Counted from the first letter of the whole stretch, positions 50,668 through 63,914 are shown. The stretch is 63,979 nt of DNA, filler included, from Ionaspis alba (GCA_964255285.1; 4 parts of 4 records of this genome joined end to end with filler, not necessarily neighbours in it), one strand, 5' to 3'. A program made the numbers and translations. Notes: generated from the letters alone by a model not told the origin.

Positions 50668-51435
50668 GCACCTCCCCCACCCCCAGCTCCAAAGGCTCCT
50701 GCACCTGCTGCTGCTCCACCACCTGCGAGCAAAAACGATCCGTTTTCATTGCTACAACCACATCTAACAGCACCAGCTTCTGCAGTCGCACCTCAAGCCT
50801 CCGCCTCACCCGCCGCGCCCGCCGCACCCGCAGCTCCGAAAGCACCTGCGCCAGCTGCTAGTGTTGTCGCTGATAGTAAGTCTAACCCAAGGTTGCCCTT
50901 ACCACCTGGTCTGACAGCACAAGCCTCTCCTGCAGCTGCCTCTCCGAAGTCGCCTGCTCCAGGTGCCCCGGCACCAGCCGCACCAGCCGCACCAGCCGCA
51001 CCTGTAGCTCCAGCGGCTCCACCAGCTGCAGCTCCCCAGCCAGCAGCTCCAGGCGCCCCGGCTCCAGCCTCACCTGTGGCTCCTATGGCTCCGGATGTTG
51101 CGGTCGTCCCGCTCACGACTCTCATGACGACCGTGACCAAGGCACCAGCGGCTTCAACGCCTACAGCCTCAGCAGCCCCAATAGGTCTAACCAAGACAAT
51201 CACGCTCACGCCAGGTGCAACCGCTCCAACCGCAGCTCCAATGCCCGTCGGTACCGGGACTGGCAAAGCGGCTCATTCCGACGCCAACTGCGAGACCGAC
51301 AAGGCCGGCAAGCGCTCGAAGATTTTCGGGGATCAGGGTGTCGCACAACGCGACATTGAGGCTCCTTACCCAGTCAGCGGTGGCTCATTACGACGACACC
51401 GGCTTGCTAGAATCAGGAGATCGGGACATGTGTGA
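50668..51435 (+). CDS. Ala/Pro/Thr-rich low-complexity protein, 5' end missing
   Basis: The frame is open from the contig start (APPPPPAPKAPAP...) to TGA at 51433. APA repeats (gcaccagcc x3) and a Thr-rich segment. Confidence 0.65.
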   Translation, partial: APPPPPAPKAPAPAAAPPPASKNDPFSLLQPHLTAPASAVAPQASASPAAPAAPAAPKAPAPAASVVADSKSNPRLPLPPGLTAQASPAAASPKSPAPGAPAPAAPAAPAAPVAPAAPPAAAPQPAAPGAPAPASPVAPMAPDVAVVPLTTLMTTVTKAPAASTPTASAAPIGLTKTITLTPGATAPTAAPMPVGTGTGKAAHSDANCETDKAGKRSKIFGDQGVAQRDIEAPYPVSGGSLRRHRLARIRRSGHV

Positions 51436-51965
51436 GGGTTACGAGGCACTGGATGCTTTAGTAGATTCCTCACAACTAATGAGAAGATGAGAATCTTGTT
51501 CTCGTCTAGATTTCTTTCCGAATCGGAGTGTTAGAACAAGGTCAGCGCTTGAGCGAAGATACCCCAGTCTAGCATACGTAAGACGATTGTGAAGGAACAG
51601 ACGCTTGTGTCCCGAGGACACTACGAGGCCAGCGGGGATGCTGAGCTTCGGGTCAGGAGGACATGTACATAGGTAGACACTACACAAGTCTTAAAGCTTC
51701 ACATGCAATCTTGATAAGAACGTGCCATGCTCGTGATACATAGTAATTCTAATTTTTGTATAGCCAATTGAAAGATCGTGCTATCTACCGCTCTTGATGC
51801 CGCGACTGGACTTGGATGGCGACGGCATCTAACATAACGATCTGAGTGGCACCAACTGGTTGTTGAAGACCGCCGGTCTGCCGTCAATGCATGAAGGCCG
51901 CCACAAGTCTATCTTGGATCAATGACCTCTAAGGGATGCGAGTAAGCTATCCTTTCTATTCTTCA

Positions 51966-52663
51966 TCACCACACTTCTCGTACTTCAGTCATGGTGAATC
52001 TGCTACACTTGGCTCGGAGTCGGGCCGCTAGGGAGTTTATATCAACATTCGAAACGGCATCAGCGACGACTGGTAGATACCGCATCCAGGGAAGCGGCAG
52101 AATTTCAGGCTTTTGGGCCAGATTCAACGGGATGAAGGTCAGATGTTTGATGCCGCGATGGCCTTCAGGGAATTTTATGTCCTGCAGCGTTGCTGAGATA
52201 ATATCCCTATGGTTGGAGAAAGGTTGGTAGATAGCGAACGTATACGACAGAGCATACTTCACGAAGGAGCTAAAAGATTCCTTGATAGGTAGAAAGCATA
52301 AGATGGACATAGTTTCAACGATTTCACGAGCTGGGTTATCGAAGTATGCTCTGCTAATGCTGGAGGGTATGCTCGTCATGTAAGGCTGAAAAGGAGCTAA
52401 GCCCGAAAGAGCCGACTAGAAGCCTCGGTTTGTTCTACTTCACTCTTCTAAGTTTATAGACATGGCTTCTAGCATTCACTCAGCGTGCGTCTCGTATTCA
52501 TGCAGACTACATGGAATGCGCAGATGGTTCGAAGGAGTGGACAACTCAAAGGCTGTCTCGTGATATTCCATCGTCTTACCATCAAGCCTGTGGCACGCAA
52601 GTTGATGACCCCATGAATTTCAGCTTTTTGCACGCACAAGAGAGATGCCTCAAGTTTGGGCAT
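51966..52663 (-). pseudogene. Possible degenerate member of the neighbouring F-box-like family
   Basis: Fragments in different frames (KAEIHGVI, PLLRTIC, GHRGIKHLTF) loosely echo the PEIRxxI / LLxxCRQ / IRYLSI motifs of the 53330 and 55330 genes. Confidence 0.25.
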
Positions 52664-53329
52664 TTCCCTTCCTGATAAGTTGATGTCGAGGCCCTTTCAT
52701 ATTTGGAGCACGAGCTCAATCTCTTATAGATTCAGATGTATGGGGTTGATTCTACAAATGGCCAAGTTTCAGATAATTGGGACGCTGTTTCGTCCGTCGA
52801 TTGAATTGCATGCTTTCGCCAACAGATGATGCCACTGTATTCAGGAGTGAATGAAGACATGGGCACAATAATGCCATAGACGGCTGATTCCCGACTATCA
52901 TCACTCGCAACAATCATTCACATTGCGCCAAAGAGACCGTAGTTGAATTCACACTTCTCCGTTTGGCAAGGACGATGGACCGAAAAACCCTCGTTGGGAT
53001 GAATCACAATAGACGAGGCGTGTTGACCGCTGGTCCCACGTTTGATCTAGGATGGAATGGTTTACCATTGAGACCGTTGATTGGATGTCCATTCACAATG
53101 CCATTGTGAAATGCTTATTGAAATAGCCTTGCGCAACGGGTCTTAGGGCTTGGATCCTGTTATGTGAATCGCATTCACTGTGAATGATCCTTCATCTCTC
53201 ATGCTCCTATCCACCATCACCCTATAGACTCTCTTCTTTTCACTCCGCCGTTGTCTTCCACCTGTTCTTCTCGGATCTCGTCTATGCTACTTTAGTATCT
53301 TCATATTGGCTGGGAAATTTTCAGCTGGC

Positions 53330-54501
53330 ATGGCGGCCAAGAGGGTCATGGTGGGAACTCATCCAACAGCCTTGTCTCGGCCAATCCTGGGTAGAGCTCT
53401 GCAGACAGCGGTGTCAAGGCTGAGGTAATGTGCTCTTTCCCTCCTCCATGGCCACTTTCATCTCATCTGTGCAATAGGACTCCAGCCCCGTTCCGATTCA
53501 TGGATCTCTATCCTGAGATCAGGAGCCGAATTCTTCAGATCATCTTGGTCAGCTACGAGATCGAACTTCCCGAGGAGTTTTCATGCCGCGACGATCGTCC
53601 AGACAAGCCAGCAACTCGGTCTATTCAAAGTGGCATTTACGCAAACGTACCTTTGCCTCCTCAGCCTATACCAGGCCCCCCGGTTCCTCCGCAACTTTTC
53701 CAAGCCGTGGACCAAGCTCGACTGGAGGCTTCGATTAGAATGTATGCTACCCCACCCCAGGAGCTTCAGCCTGGACGACGTTCGAAGCAAAGACGAGTTC
53801 TATATAGCAGAAAGCCCCTCTGCATTGTCACTGTACCTCAAGGTCAACGAAGGCCCAATTGGCAGCGGACATCCTATTTAGAGTACCGTGGGAGTAACCT
53901 CCGGAACAACTATCCTTATATGACTACGTATAGCCTGGCGCGAAACGTTAGCATCAACATGTCCATCTTAGTCGTCTGCCGACAACTCTACCACGAGGCT
54001 GCTAGGGTGTTCTACGGCGAGAACGTCTTCTACGCAACCACGGTGGAGGGTCTTGCGGCGTTCCTCAAAGACAGAGGTCCCGTTGCTCGTCTGAACATAC
54101 GCTATCTCTCTATTCCGTATGCCAGCCTCGCAACACACTGGCAGGGCTCCACGGTGCTAAGCAAAGATGATGTCGGCGCTTGGAACATGCTCTGGAGTTT
54201 ACTCTTCGGTGGCGAGCATCTCCTGCCACGCTTGGCGATTTTTGACCTGCGAGTTGACATACGACTTCTCGATGCGTACTATGCCAACGCTGAGCCATTC
54301 TACTATAGTGAAAGCCAGTTCGAGCAGTTTGCACAGATCCGAAACCCGTATGTCCTGACCGTGTCTTGCTGGAGGTATGACCAGGACTTGCATCAATTCG
54401 TGGTATACAGCTATCATCGGCTCGAGAAGCATCTGCGTGAGATGATCCGAGGAGTCTTCACAAAGAGCTTCATCCGCCACTTGAGTGGCGACCTGGCATA
54501 G
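53330..54501 (+). CDS. Fungal F-box-like (PFRFxDLPxEIR / 2EXR-DUF7730-like) protein
   Basis: Exon 1 (53330-53424) and intron 53425-53477 join in frame. Motifs PFRFMDLYPEIRSRIL, SILVVCRQLYHEAARVFYGENVF and AFLKDRGP...IRYLSI. Confidence 0.75.
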
Positions 54502-55329
54502 CCTTGAGAGACGCTTAACTCTTCTTGTAAGCAAGATTTACTTGAGCTTCATTTGAAGGCCTGACCCGCTGACTACGAATTCTCGCTAGGCTGTGTTGGC
54601 TATCAAAATTTTCATCCAGCCTCTCAAGCCTTAGCAGAACAACTCGAGTCTCTCGCCGAGCAATACCGTGGAACAATCTATCTTCTATCGCTGACGATCA
54701 TGCTTGGAAGGACCTGATGGCTTTTGAATGATGCATCAGCTGAATGGTGGCACAGACGAGGAGAATTAGCTGAAGGGCTGGGACGAGTTTGCTCTATTTG
54801 TAAGCAAGCTACTTCGAAGTAGATCAATTAAGGTCGCGTGTCTCATGAGCAGATCGGCTACACTTTTCGGACAGGAGAAGCGAAGACTCTGTATGCTTTG
54901 AATAGATTTGGCAAGATAATCTTCTATTCGTTACTGAGGGACGGGTATTGAGCTCCAGAGCCAGGTCGGACCAATTTTTTTTTCTAGGACCCTTTTTTTC
55001 ATTGAGCCAAAGTATAAAGTCTTCGCCTTTGATTTATACTGTGGACTCATCACCTCTGGGCTGACGTTCACAGTTAGTAGAGGCGTGTATTTGTCCAGTT
55101 TCGCTTTACTCATCAAAATCACTTCCCTGCACACAGATACTGTCTCACTCCACATCTCATGCTCACCTCTCACCAAAAGCTCCATGAACCTGACTGAGAA
55201 TTGAACTGCAACCTTACTCTTCACATCTCAACTCCCTCGTCAACGCCCGCCTTCCATCCTCTCATCTACTTCAACAGCCAATCATTCTCCACGCCTGTCA
55301 CAGCTACACGGGTACCATCATCACTAGCG

Positions 55330-56274
55330 ATGAGCCGAAATGGATCCTCAGTCAATGTAGGTGTCTCTCGGGTTGGAGTGGCTTCTCGAGCTTGATCTGA
55401 CACTAATAGTCCGCAGTTCTGATAAGCCTTTTCGCTTCCTTGACCTTCCACCCGAGGTCAGGAATATGATATACCGTTTTATTCTTGCTCCGCCTCGAAT
55501 TACTTGTGACATTGCTGGTAAGGTCATTAACGACATAGGAGCGGTACACACTGTCAATCCGGATTCGATGGAAAATGATTCAGTATTGTTGTCAAATCCA
55601 CTTCGACAGTTTCCAAGTGTTCTATCAGCACAACCGGTTCTACATCGACTCCTACGACGTACTCGAACCGTTCCTAAGAGACAGGTCCCTACGAGCATTG
55701 AACAATCTGACCTATCTGTCCATTACATTCATTGACAAGGAAGCAGATGCATATCAGGGAGTATTCGATGGTTTCATTCATGTTCATGACGATTGGATCA
55801 CGATGTGTGGCGACCTGGAAGATTATCATTTCAAACTACCTAGTCTACGACAAATTGACCTTCGCTTTTGTAGTTCAATGCGCAAGATAAGACCGGGCGC
55901 ATGGAAGTATATGTTCGCCCTCGAAAATATGGAGCCGATACTCTCCTCGATCAACCCAGACATACTTACACTATCTGATTGGGGGGGCCGCCAGTCATTC
56001 GGCTCGTAGGAATCAGAATCGGTCTGCTGTTGGGGCAGAGCCTGAACGAGAATATCTCCGGCCTTGATCTGAGGCTTTGCGAGAATGTCTACAAGGCCGG
56101 TACGCTTGGCTGCCCACGACTAAAGCTCGTTTCAATGAGGCTTACGACGCTGCTATCTGCAGACGCCTGGAACAGAGAAAAACACCAGAGCAAGGGAGAA
56201 GGCAAGAACGACTCAAGCGTCGTCTGAGTCGTATATGTACGGCTTTTCCACTCAATCTGCTGATTAAATACTGA
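55330..56274 (+). pseudogene. Paralog of the 53330 F-box-like gene, frameshifted
   Basis: PFRFLDLPPEVRNMIYRFIL, then a frameshift near 55585 to CCQIHFDSFQVFYQHNRF...PFLRDRS...LTYLSI. Stops at 56007 and ~56065 precede a further open stretch. No splice I tried repairs the frame. Confidence 0.65.
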
Positions 56275-56997
56275 TCCATCGTGGCAGAAGCCAGAAAGTA
56301 CAAGGAAATCAGAGTAACACGAACTTGGCGTGCTAATGGCTTTCGCAAGAAGATCAAGGAAGACTATTCTCTTTATTGGCATTGAGCATGGATGATACGA
56401 GACGCAATGGCGACGATCTCTTTACATAAGGACCATGATCTCAATTCAGTCCACGCGCCTAGGCATCGGCGTCATCTACATTCATATGATCCTGCTTCGC
56501 CAGCATCAAGTGCAAAACCACAGTCCGGGTGGGCCCATTTGGCTTGGACAAGATACAGATTGGATATTAGTGAGTGGGCTGACATAATGATCAGCAGCTC
56601 ATTGGGATATGTGCTGAAAGTGGTGCGTGGGCTGGAAGGGTTGGTTGAAAGATCGAGTCTAGACGATTGACGAGAGATTGATAGCATGTCCCGTAATCCA
56701 TGAATCCACGCGTAGCCACCAGACTTCCCCTGTGTGCTTTCCGGTGCGAAGAAACAACCCAAGCTTCATTTGAATCCGGTGATATGTAGTTGTACTGGGC
56801 ACTAACCCTAGTCCTTGACTCGATTCAGCGCTCGGGTATCTCTAACTTAATCTCGTTGAGATCTAAAGATCGAGGCTAGCGAGTTGAACTACGTCATCGG
56901 CTGAATGCGGCGCGACTGTGATTGTGCCCGAACCCAGCTCAACTCATACTCCTCCTTTTTGCGTAGTGATTATTAATGCGAGAAGTATTTTCTTTAT

Positions 56998-58950
56998 ATG
57001 TCCAATGCACGAGTTGTTTTTGCGATAAGTATAAAGTCATACAACTTGAAGTATTCTTGTCTCTCTTCCAGATTTGAATCCCTTCGAGTCATCGCGCCAT
57101 TCACTATTTCTCCAGCGCGACAGTTTCACGCCAGCGCCACGTCCAGCATGCCTGTAAAGAAAGTTGTGGTCAATGGAAAGCGCAGAGCGACAGCTTCGCC
57201 TGGGCCTGCGAGCAAAAGAATAAAAAGGGCTTCGCCTATACCGGATGAAGAGAAATATGGGATCGTAGATCGCAAGTTCTACCCTCCGGAGATGACCAAT
57301 GAGCGATGCCGCCAGTACAACGAAGACATCCTGCCCCGTCCTGTTGAGCTGCTCGACGCCGCACTCGAAGAGACAGCTCCGGATCGGAACAGGATACAAG
57401 TGAAGGATGCGGTAGTGCATTGGTTCAAGTGTGATCTGCGCATTCAGGACAACAAGTCGCTACATCTGGCATCGGAGAAGGCAAAGAGCAAAGGCGTGCC
57501 TTTGATCTGTATATACATGGCCTCACCCCAGGACTTTCAAGCGCACATGACAAGCCCCGTACGCGTGGATTTCATCCTGAGAACACTGCAAGTAGTGAAG
57601 GAGGATCTTGCGAAGCTCGACATTCCTCTTTACGTCGAGACAGTCGAGAAACGCAAGAAGCTGCCCGGTAGAATCTTTGAGCTTTGTGAGGAGTGGGGTG
57701 TCAGTCATCTGTTTGCAAACACGGAGTACGAAGTCGATGAGTTGAGACGAGAAGCTGCAATGGTACGCGAAGGCGTTGGGAAAGGGATTGACGTTACTGT
57801 TGTTCCAGATACCTGTGTAGTCAGTCCCGGCGAACTCTCGAGTGGAGCAGGAAGACAATATGCAGTATACAGCCCATGGTTCAGATCCTGGATCGCCTAC
57901 CTACATGCGCACCCAAAGCACCTCGATCTCTACGATAAACCTGCAAAGAACCCATCAAGCGCCCGTAGTGCTTTCAAGCATCTCTTCGAAAGCCCCATAC
58001 CAGACGCACCTTCGAACAAATGCCTGACTGGCGAAGAAAAGAAGCGCTTCCGCAGCATGTGGCCACCCGGAGAGCATGAAGCGCAGGAGCGACTACATAA
58101 ATTTCTGAAGCAGAAAGCGAGCAAATACAAGGACAACAGGAACTTCCCGGCCGAGAACGGCACGGCATGTGTGAGTGTGCACTTCGCTTCCGGCACATTG
58201 AGCGCTCGCACAGCCATAGCAAGCGCTCGAAACGCCAACAGCACAAAGAAGCTCGATGCTGGCAATGCTGGAATTGTGAACTGGATATCGGAGGTGGCCT
58301 GGCGGGACTTCTACAAACACGTCCTTGCCCATTGGCCCTTCGTCTGGTACGTCTCCTCCCCTGCTTACCCTTAGTACCAGACGCTGACGACTCTCTTCAG
58401 CATGAACAAGCCCTTCAAACCTGAATACACAAACATAAAATGGGAATACAACGATCAGCTCTTCAGTGCCTGGTGCGAAGGCAGAACCGGCTTTCCCATT
58501 GTCGACGCCGCAATGCGCCAGCTCAACCACACCGGTTACATGCACAATCGATGCCGCATGATCGTTGCCTCCTTCCTAGCCAAAGATCTGCTTATCGACT
58601 GGCGAATGGGCGAGCGTTATTTCATGGAGCACTTAATCGACGGCGACTTTGCGAGTAACAATGGTGGGTGGGGTTTCAGTGCTTCGACGGGAGTGGATCC
58701 CCAACCGTATTTTAGGATCTTCAATCCGCTGCTGCAGAGTGAGAAGTTTGATGCCGGGGGTGAGTATATCAGGAAGTGGGTGCCGGAGTTAAAGGAAGTC
58801 ATGGGCAAGGCAATTCATGATCCCTATGGGAGAGGTGAAGGGAAGAGGGCGGAGAAGCAAGGGTATCCCAGACCGGTGGTGGAGCATAAGACTGCGAGGG
58901 AGAGGACGTTGGCGAGGTATAAGGAAGGATTGGGGAGGAGTACCGCATAG
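56998..58950 (+). CDS. PHR1: Class I CPD deoxyribodipyrimidine photolyase
   Basis: VHWFKCDLRIQDN, EYEVDELRR, WISEVAWRDFY, WCEGRTGFPIVDAAMRQL, GYMHNRCRMIVASFL and DGDFASNNGGWG. One intron at ~58347-58400. Second in-frame ATG at 57148. Confidence 0.95.
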
Positions 58951-59597
58951 ATGTGCAGGGCAGGTCATTCATAAATAAACTATTTATGTATAGACTATTT
59001 ATGGGCAGTTTCGATATGCGATCTCATATTGGTTTGGAGCCAATAGGAGGGTCTTCAAAGGGTATTCTGGAGCGAAGGACGGTATTAGATGTGTTAGAAT
59101 TGCAAGCGACGTGTCGTTAGATGTCTCGCCCGTATCTGTGCTATTCTCCAATGAAACTCAGGAGCAAGCTCTTCAGAAGGCGTGTTGTCTATATTCAATC
59201 TGCGGCAATAATTTGTCTACCTCCTCACTCAAAGGATTCACCGGAGTGGGAATGAGGAAGCCTTGATGAGCCGCGTGTGAGACTGCTCAAGCAAGCAAGA
59301 AAGCGAGCCGGGAAGTGTGGGACGTCTGGTATATGATAGCTCAAAGGAGCACAGTATCACTGATGGAAAAGATTGAGGTGTCGTAGGTAGCTCAAACAGT
59401 GTCGTTCTTACAGAACAATTGAGAAGGCAGCTCAAAGCTCGTCTATGCAAGCGTCCTCTAGGGATTTCCTCCACGAGAACGCTCCCGTCCAGTCAGCCTC
59501 TCAAATGATATCTAAAATCCAGTCAACCTTTGCCATACCAAAAAGCCAATTCAGCGTCTAGCACTCACCTGACCACATTACCCTCTCACTACCTCAT

Positions 59598-59954
59598 TTA
59601 TCGCTGCCTACTTCCACTCCATACCCCCTTCAAAAGACCATCCCTTTGCGCCAGCCGATTTAAACTGTCATCGCTCTCGCCCATTTTCCGTACAGCTCCG
59701 CAGAGCGCATAGACCTGAGTCTCACCAGTGTAACGGCCGTTGTCGTCGACTTTGCCGATCGAGATTTGTACCGAGGCGTGGTCCTTGGCTTTGATAATAC
59801 GATTGGTGGCGGAGCATTTGCGAGGGACGTAGCTAGGACGAGGAATGGATTGTTAGCTGGGCGAATAGGAGTCGTGATAGGCAGGGGAATGGTCATTAAG
59901 GAAGGGAAAGAGCAAGACTCACAGGTCAACGAGTTCTCCTTTATCGTTCTCCAT
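59598..59954 (-). CDS. RPS21: 40S ribosomal protein S21 (eS21)
   Basis: [11 protein letters not shown] + intron + [32 protein letters not shown]...[15 protein letters not shown]. The second exon is missed by the ORF track. Confidence 0.97.
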
Positions 59955-60385
59955 GGCTGCTAAGTTGATGGCACTTGGTTCGAGAGGGCTGTGATGCTTT
60001 GTGATTTTTCGTTGCCGAGGCCGTGATTGATCGGTGGTGAGGTTCAAAAGTCCGTGATTCTCGCTTGTGCCCTGTGGGTCAGGTGACTTTGATGTTACTT
60101 CAAGATCCATTTTCAGAGAGTTCGAGTGAATTGCGGATCTGAAGGAACGATCATTCGTACTGGAGGGGCTATTGAAAATCGTGCAAGATGACGAGAGTGA
60201 AAGGAGATAACTTTGGTGTCCGTTCGTGACTACAAGCTATTGCTTTATCATGTCTCTTTGGGCTGCAAACGAGGGCCGTTTGCATGTTGTACAGTAAGGC
60301 ATTCAGCGTTCGCTGCTTAGTATGGCTATATTCGAACGTATCTAGGGTAACTACCACCTAATCAAACGGCGAGTCAGTCCTCACA

Positions 60386-61539
60386 CTACAGCTTCTCCTT
60401 TGACGCCTTAGATTCTCTTTCTTCCGCGAAGATGTCCTTCTTCCATGCCACCTCCACTCTTCTAGGTCCGTCTTTGCCGAATTGAACCAGAACTACTCTC
60501 TCGTCCTCCCCTCTCCTTCCAGTACCCTCCAACTCCTGCCCCGGCTTATCCAACGCCAGCACGGCCCGTCCGTCAGATTTCTTCCAGAGCATTGCATTCG
60601 GTGAGATACATTTCTCCGTCCAAGGCGGATCGCCAGACTTAATGAAGTCCATGACTCTGGCTCGCTGATTCGCCAGCTCATCAACGTCTACCACGTTAGG
60701 TACGTTCTCTGATGAAAGAAAAGGGTCCAGCAGATGTAGGAGCAGAAATTGGGGAGGGAACAGTATGATTTTCCCGAGACGGCATAGAGATAGCCATTTC
60801 GATGCTGGTAGGAAGCGCGCCGTGGTATGCTCTTTTCCTCCGTCCGAAGTCGGATTCGGTATAACAGCCTCTGCCTCAGATGGAAGCGAGGCTGTCGAAG
60901 ACGAGGAAGGGTTGTTGGGTAGAGGTAGGAAATAAATATACATTTGAGTCGTGAAGCGCTTCGGGATATTTAGGGGAGTAACCCAACGGGTGAAAGGTAT
61001 CAGACCATCTTTTCAGCATTAGTTCGTGTCAATAACTCCTCGCCGAGAGAATATGTACCAACATCGGGGACTCCGTTGAGCTCTTTCACCCAGTCTTGAA
61101 ATTTAACAGCATTCTTATGTATTGCATTGCGTCCTTTATACCTCTCCTCGTCGCTGATTTCCAGCAATCGCACTGGATTGTCCGTTCTCTTAGCCAATAG
61201 AATGCCGCTTTCCTCGAAGCACTCCCTAATAGCGCCTAGCCTGTAAATTTTGCTATCCCCATGCCTGTTGGCATCGTTCGCTCCCGGAATCTTGCCATCT
61301 TGATCGCCAGACAAGTTCCCGCCAGGAAAGACGTGCGCCGAGGGGAATGACGAAGATGTTTGGACGCGGCGGAGGAGAAGGATCTGATTTGTCGGCGAAA
61401 TCAGTAAGATACTACAACAGTGATTTATCAGAGCGCAAGCTAGTGTAGGCTTTGCCTTCAATATTGAGACTCACCTAGCACTAGGCTTTGGAATACTCGG
61501 TGATTTTGTTGCCTTGGAAGTGTTTGTTGTCATAGACAT
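60386..61539 (-). CDS. Nudix hydrolase, NUDT19-like
   Basis: KPSA/SILLIS, SAHVFPGG, AIRECFEESGILLA, PFTRWVTP..PKRFTTQMYIYF and IILFPPQF. Two introns; possible upstream in-frame ATG at 61683. Confidence 0.85.
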
Positions 61540-62000
61540 TGCTTTCCGTCCGTCGGTACGGAGCCTCACTAACAATCTGTGGTAGATGAGTTCGATAGTA
61601 CTATCAGTGCGAGTGGTCTTGCATAGTGCAGATAAAGATATGGCTCTGTTGATTCCAAACAAAGACAGTCGTGCTGTTAGCATCGAGAGTGTTAAGTTGC
61701 AGAGGGGGAATGCCGCTCGACTTAGGGCATGGTGAATCGTCCATTGAGCCGAGGTCTGTCAAATTGTGGAGAAAGCTAAACAGCCTAAGGAGAGCAAGTT
61801 CTACACGGCGGCAACATCATCATCCAGGTACGTTTTCGGTGGCTGTAGCACGGACCCAATACGAGGTGGAGATTCTTAGTTTCTATTTACTCTAGTATTC
61901 AATGGTGGAGCAAGATGTGGCCTTTGTTAGTGCACAACCACCTCTCCAGGATCACCGTGAAATATTCCCGCCGTGACAAACGCCATTCAAAGATCAGAGC

Positions 62001-63914
62001 TCATGAGTAGAGCTTCTTGTCGAAGCTGTGCAGCCCATGCACGTTTCCCTCTGCCTGTGCACTGACTGTCCGGAGCTCGAACCGAACTGTTCCGTCAATG
62101 ACACCTTGCCGGAGTTGTGGTAAACTCTTGACACCAATATCTTGCAGGGAATGCTGAAGTCCGGCGATGAGATAGGGGACGAACTTCGTAACAGATCCTC
62201 TGTCCAGGACCGACCCCGAGACTCCTTGGGCGACCAGAAGCCTATCACCTTCAGAGAAATATCGAGCAGTTCCCGCATTACTCGCTTTGGCGTTCTTTCC
62301 ACCAGATCCAGCCTTTTTGTCCTCCATAGCGTCGATGCTGCCCATACCTCGATAAGCTTTGACCAGCTGACCTTCTCGGCTAACAAAGTAGTTTCCTGGT
62401 GACTCAGTCGTGCCAGCAAGAAGTCCTCCCATCATGACAGTAGAAGCCCCAAGCGCCAGACCCTTTACAATGTGTCCGACATTCTGGATACCACCATCTG
62501 CGATGCAAGGTACGCCAAATCGAGCTGCGAAAGACGAGACGTTGAATACCGACGCTGCCTGTGGCCGACCCACCGCCATGACTTCCTGTGTAATGCATGC
62601 GCTTCCGCTGCCCATGCCAATTCTCAAACCGTCAACTCCAGCCGCGATCAGAGATGCTGCTTGTTCGCGAGTGACCACGTTTCCTCCAATGACATCAAGT
62701 CCCGGATACTTTGACTTGATGTACTTTATCATTTCGATCTGAAACACGCTGTTGCCTTGACTGCTATCAAGAATGACTATGTCGAGGCCGGCCTCGACTA
62801 ACAGCTGTAATCGAATCTTGTCGTCAGGACGGGTACCAATTGCAGCGGCACAGATCAATTGCTTCGAATGAGGTAATTTAGACGCTAGTGGATAGTGCAG
62901 GTTCTTCATGAGGTCGGACCGTGAAAGAAGAGAAACAAGGTTGCCGTTCGTATCAACGATTGGAAGCTTTCCCTTCTTTGACTTACTTAGTACTGCATTA
63001 GCCTCTGTCAAAGTCGTGCCAGATGGTGCAGTGACGAGATCGGTAGACATGACCGCTGTGACTGGCTCTTCTAGATTCGGGTGGAACTGAATGTCTCGGG
63101 TGGTAATCATTCCAACGAGCTTGGAACGTAGAGTCCCGTTTTCTGCAATTAGTGTGTCAGCCATTTGAATAGGTAGCCTATGGCAAAATGACTCGACGTA
63201 TATAGCTCAAAGAAATCTCAGAAAAGATATATCTATAGTTGTTCCGCATCACGATATGCTCGTTTGGCTGAACGAAAGTTATGTAATTATATTATGCATC
63301 ATAGAAACAAGATTGGAGGCAGGAGCTGACACTTGAAATGCTCTCAACGTACCAGTGACAGGGAATCCACCGAATCCCCATTTTTCCTTCAACTGTCTCG
63401 CTTCACCAACAGTGGTATGCGGTGAAAGAACAACTGGATCGAGGATGAAACCATTCTCAAATCGCTTGACTTTTCGAACCATCTCTGCTTGGTCTTCTGC
63501 AGAACAGTTATGATGGATAACACCCAGACCGCCTAAAAGAGCCATATGAATTGCCATTTGATGCTCTGTTACAGTGTCCATGGGAGAGGAGATAAGTGGT
63601 GTCTTGAGAGAGATCCTCTTCGTTACAGGAGTGTCCAGAGCCACCTCAGAAGCGGAAAACCCTGTACCAAAGCATTAGAAGAGCCCCTACCATGTTGAGT
63701 GGCTTCGAGTACCAATGTAGCCTGGAAGAACAAGGAAATCATTGTAAGTCAATCCACCGTTCTTGTACGAATCCAAGAGCGATTTTGCATCCATTCCATC
63801 ACGATCTGGATATTCATGCTTCAAAACTTCGAGGGCGATTGAGAAATCCATTGTTTCTTTTCCAGGCAGTAGTTGAGCAGGACTTGCACTAACATCGCCA
63901 TTGATTAAAGGCAT
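62001..63914 (-). CDS. IMD2: Inosine-5'-monophosphate dehydrogenase
   Basis: [28 protein letters not shown] domains, catalytic [20 protein letters not shown] and LVAQGVSG. Introns at ~63663-63716 and ~63143-63351. Confidence 0.96.

Noticed and set aside
50793..51266. Gly/Ala-rich silk-like minus ORF
   Set aside because: Antisense reading of the Ala/Pro-rich plus-strand gene.
62001..63914. IMPDH as a mycophenolic-acid self-resistance gene
   Set aside because: It retains Tyr in KAYRGMG, has housekeeping neighbours (RPS21, Nudix), and no PKS is visible in the window.
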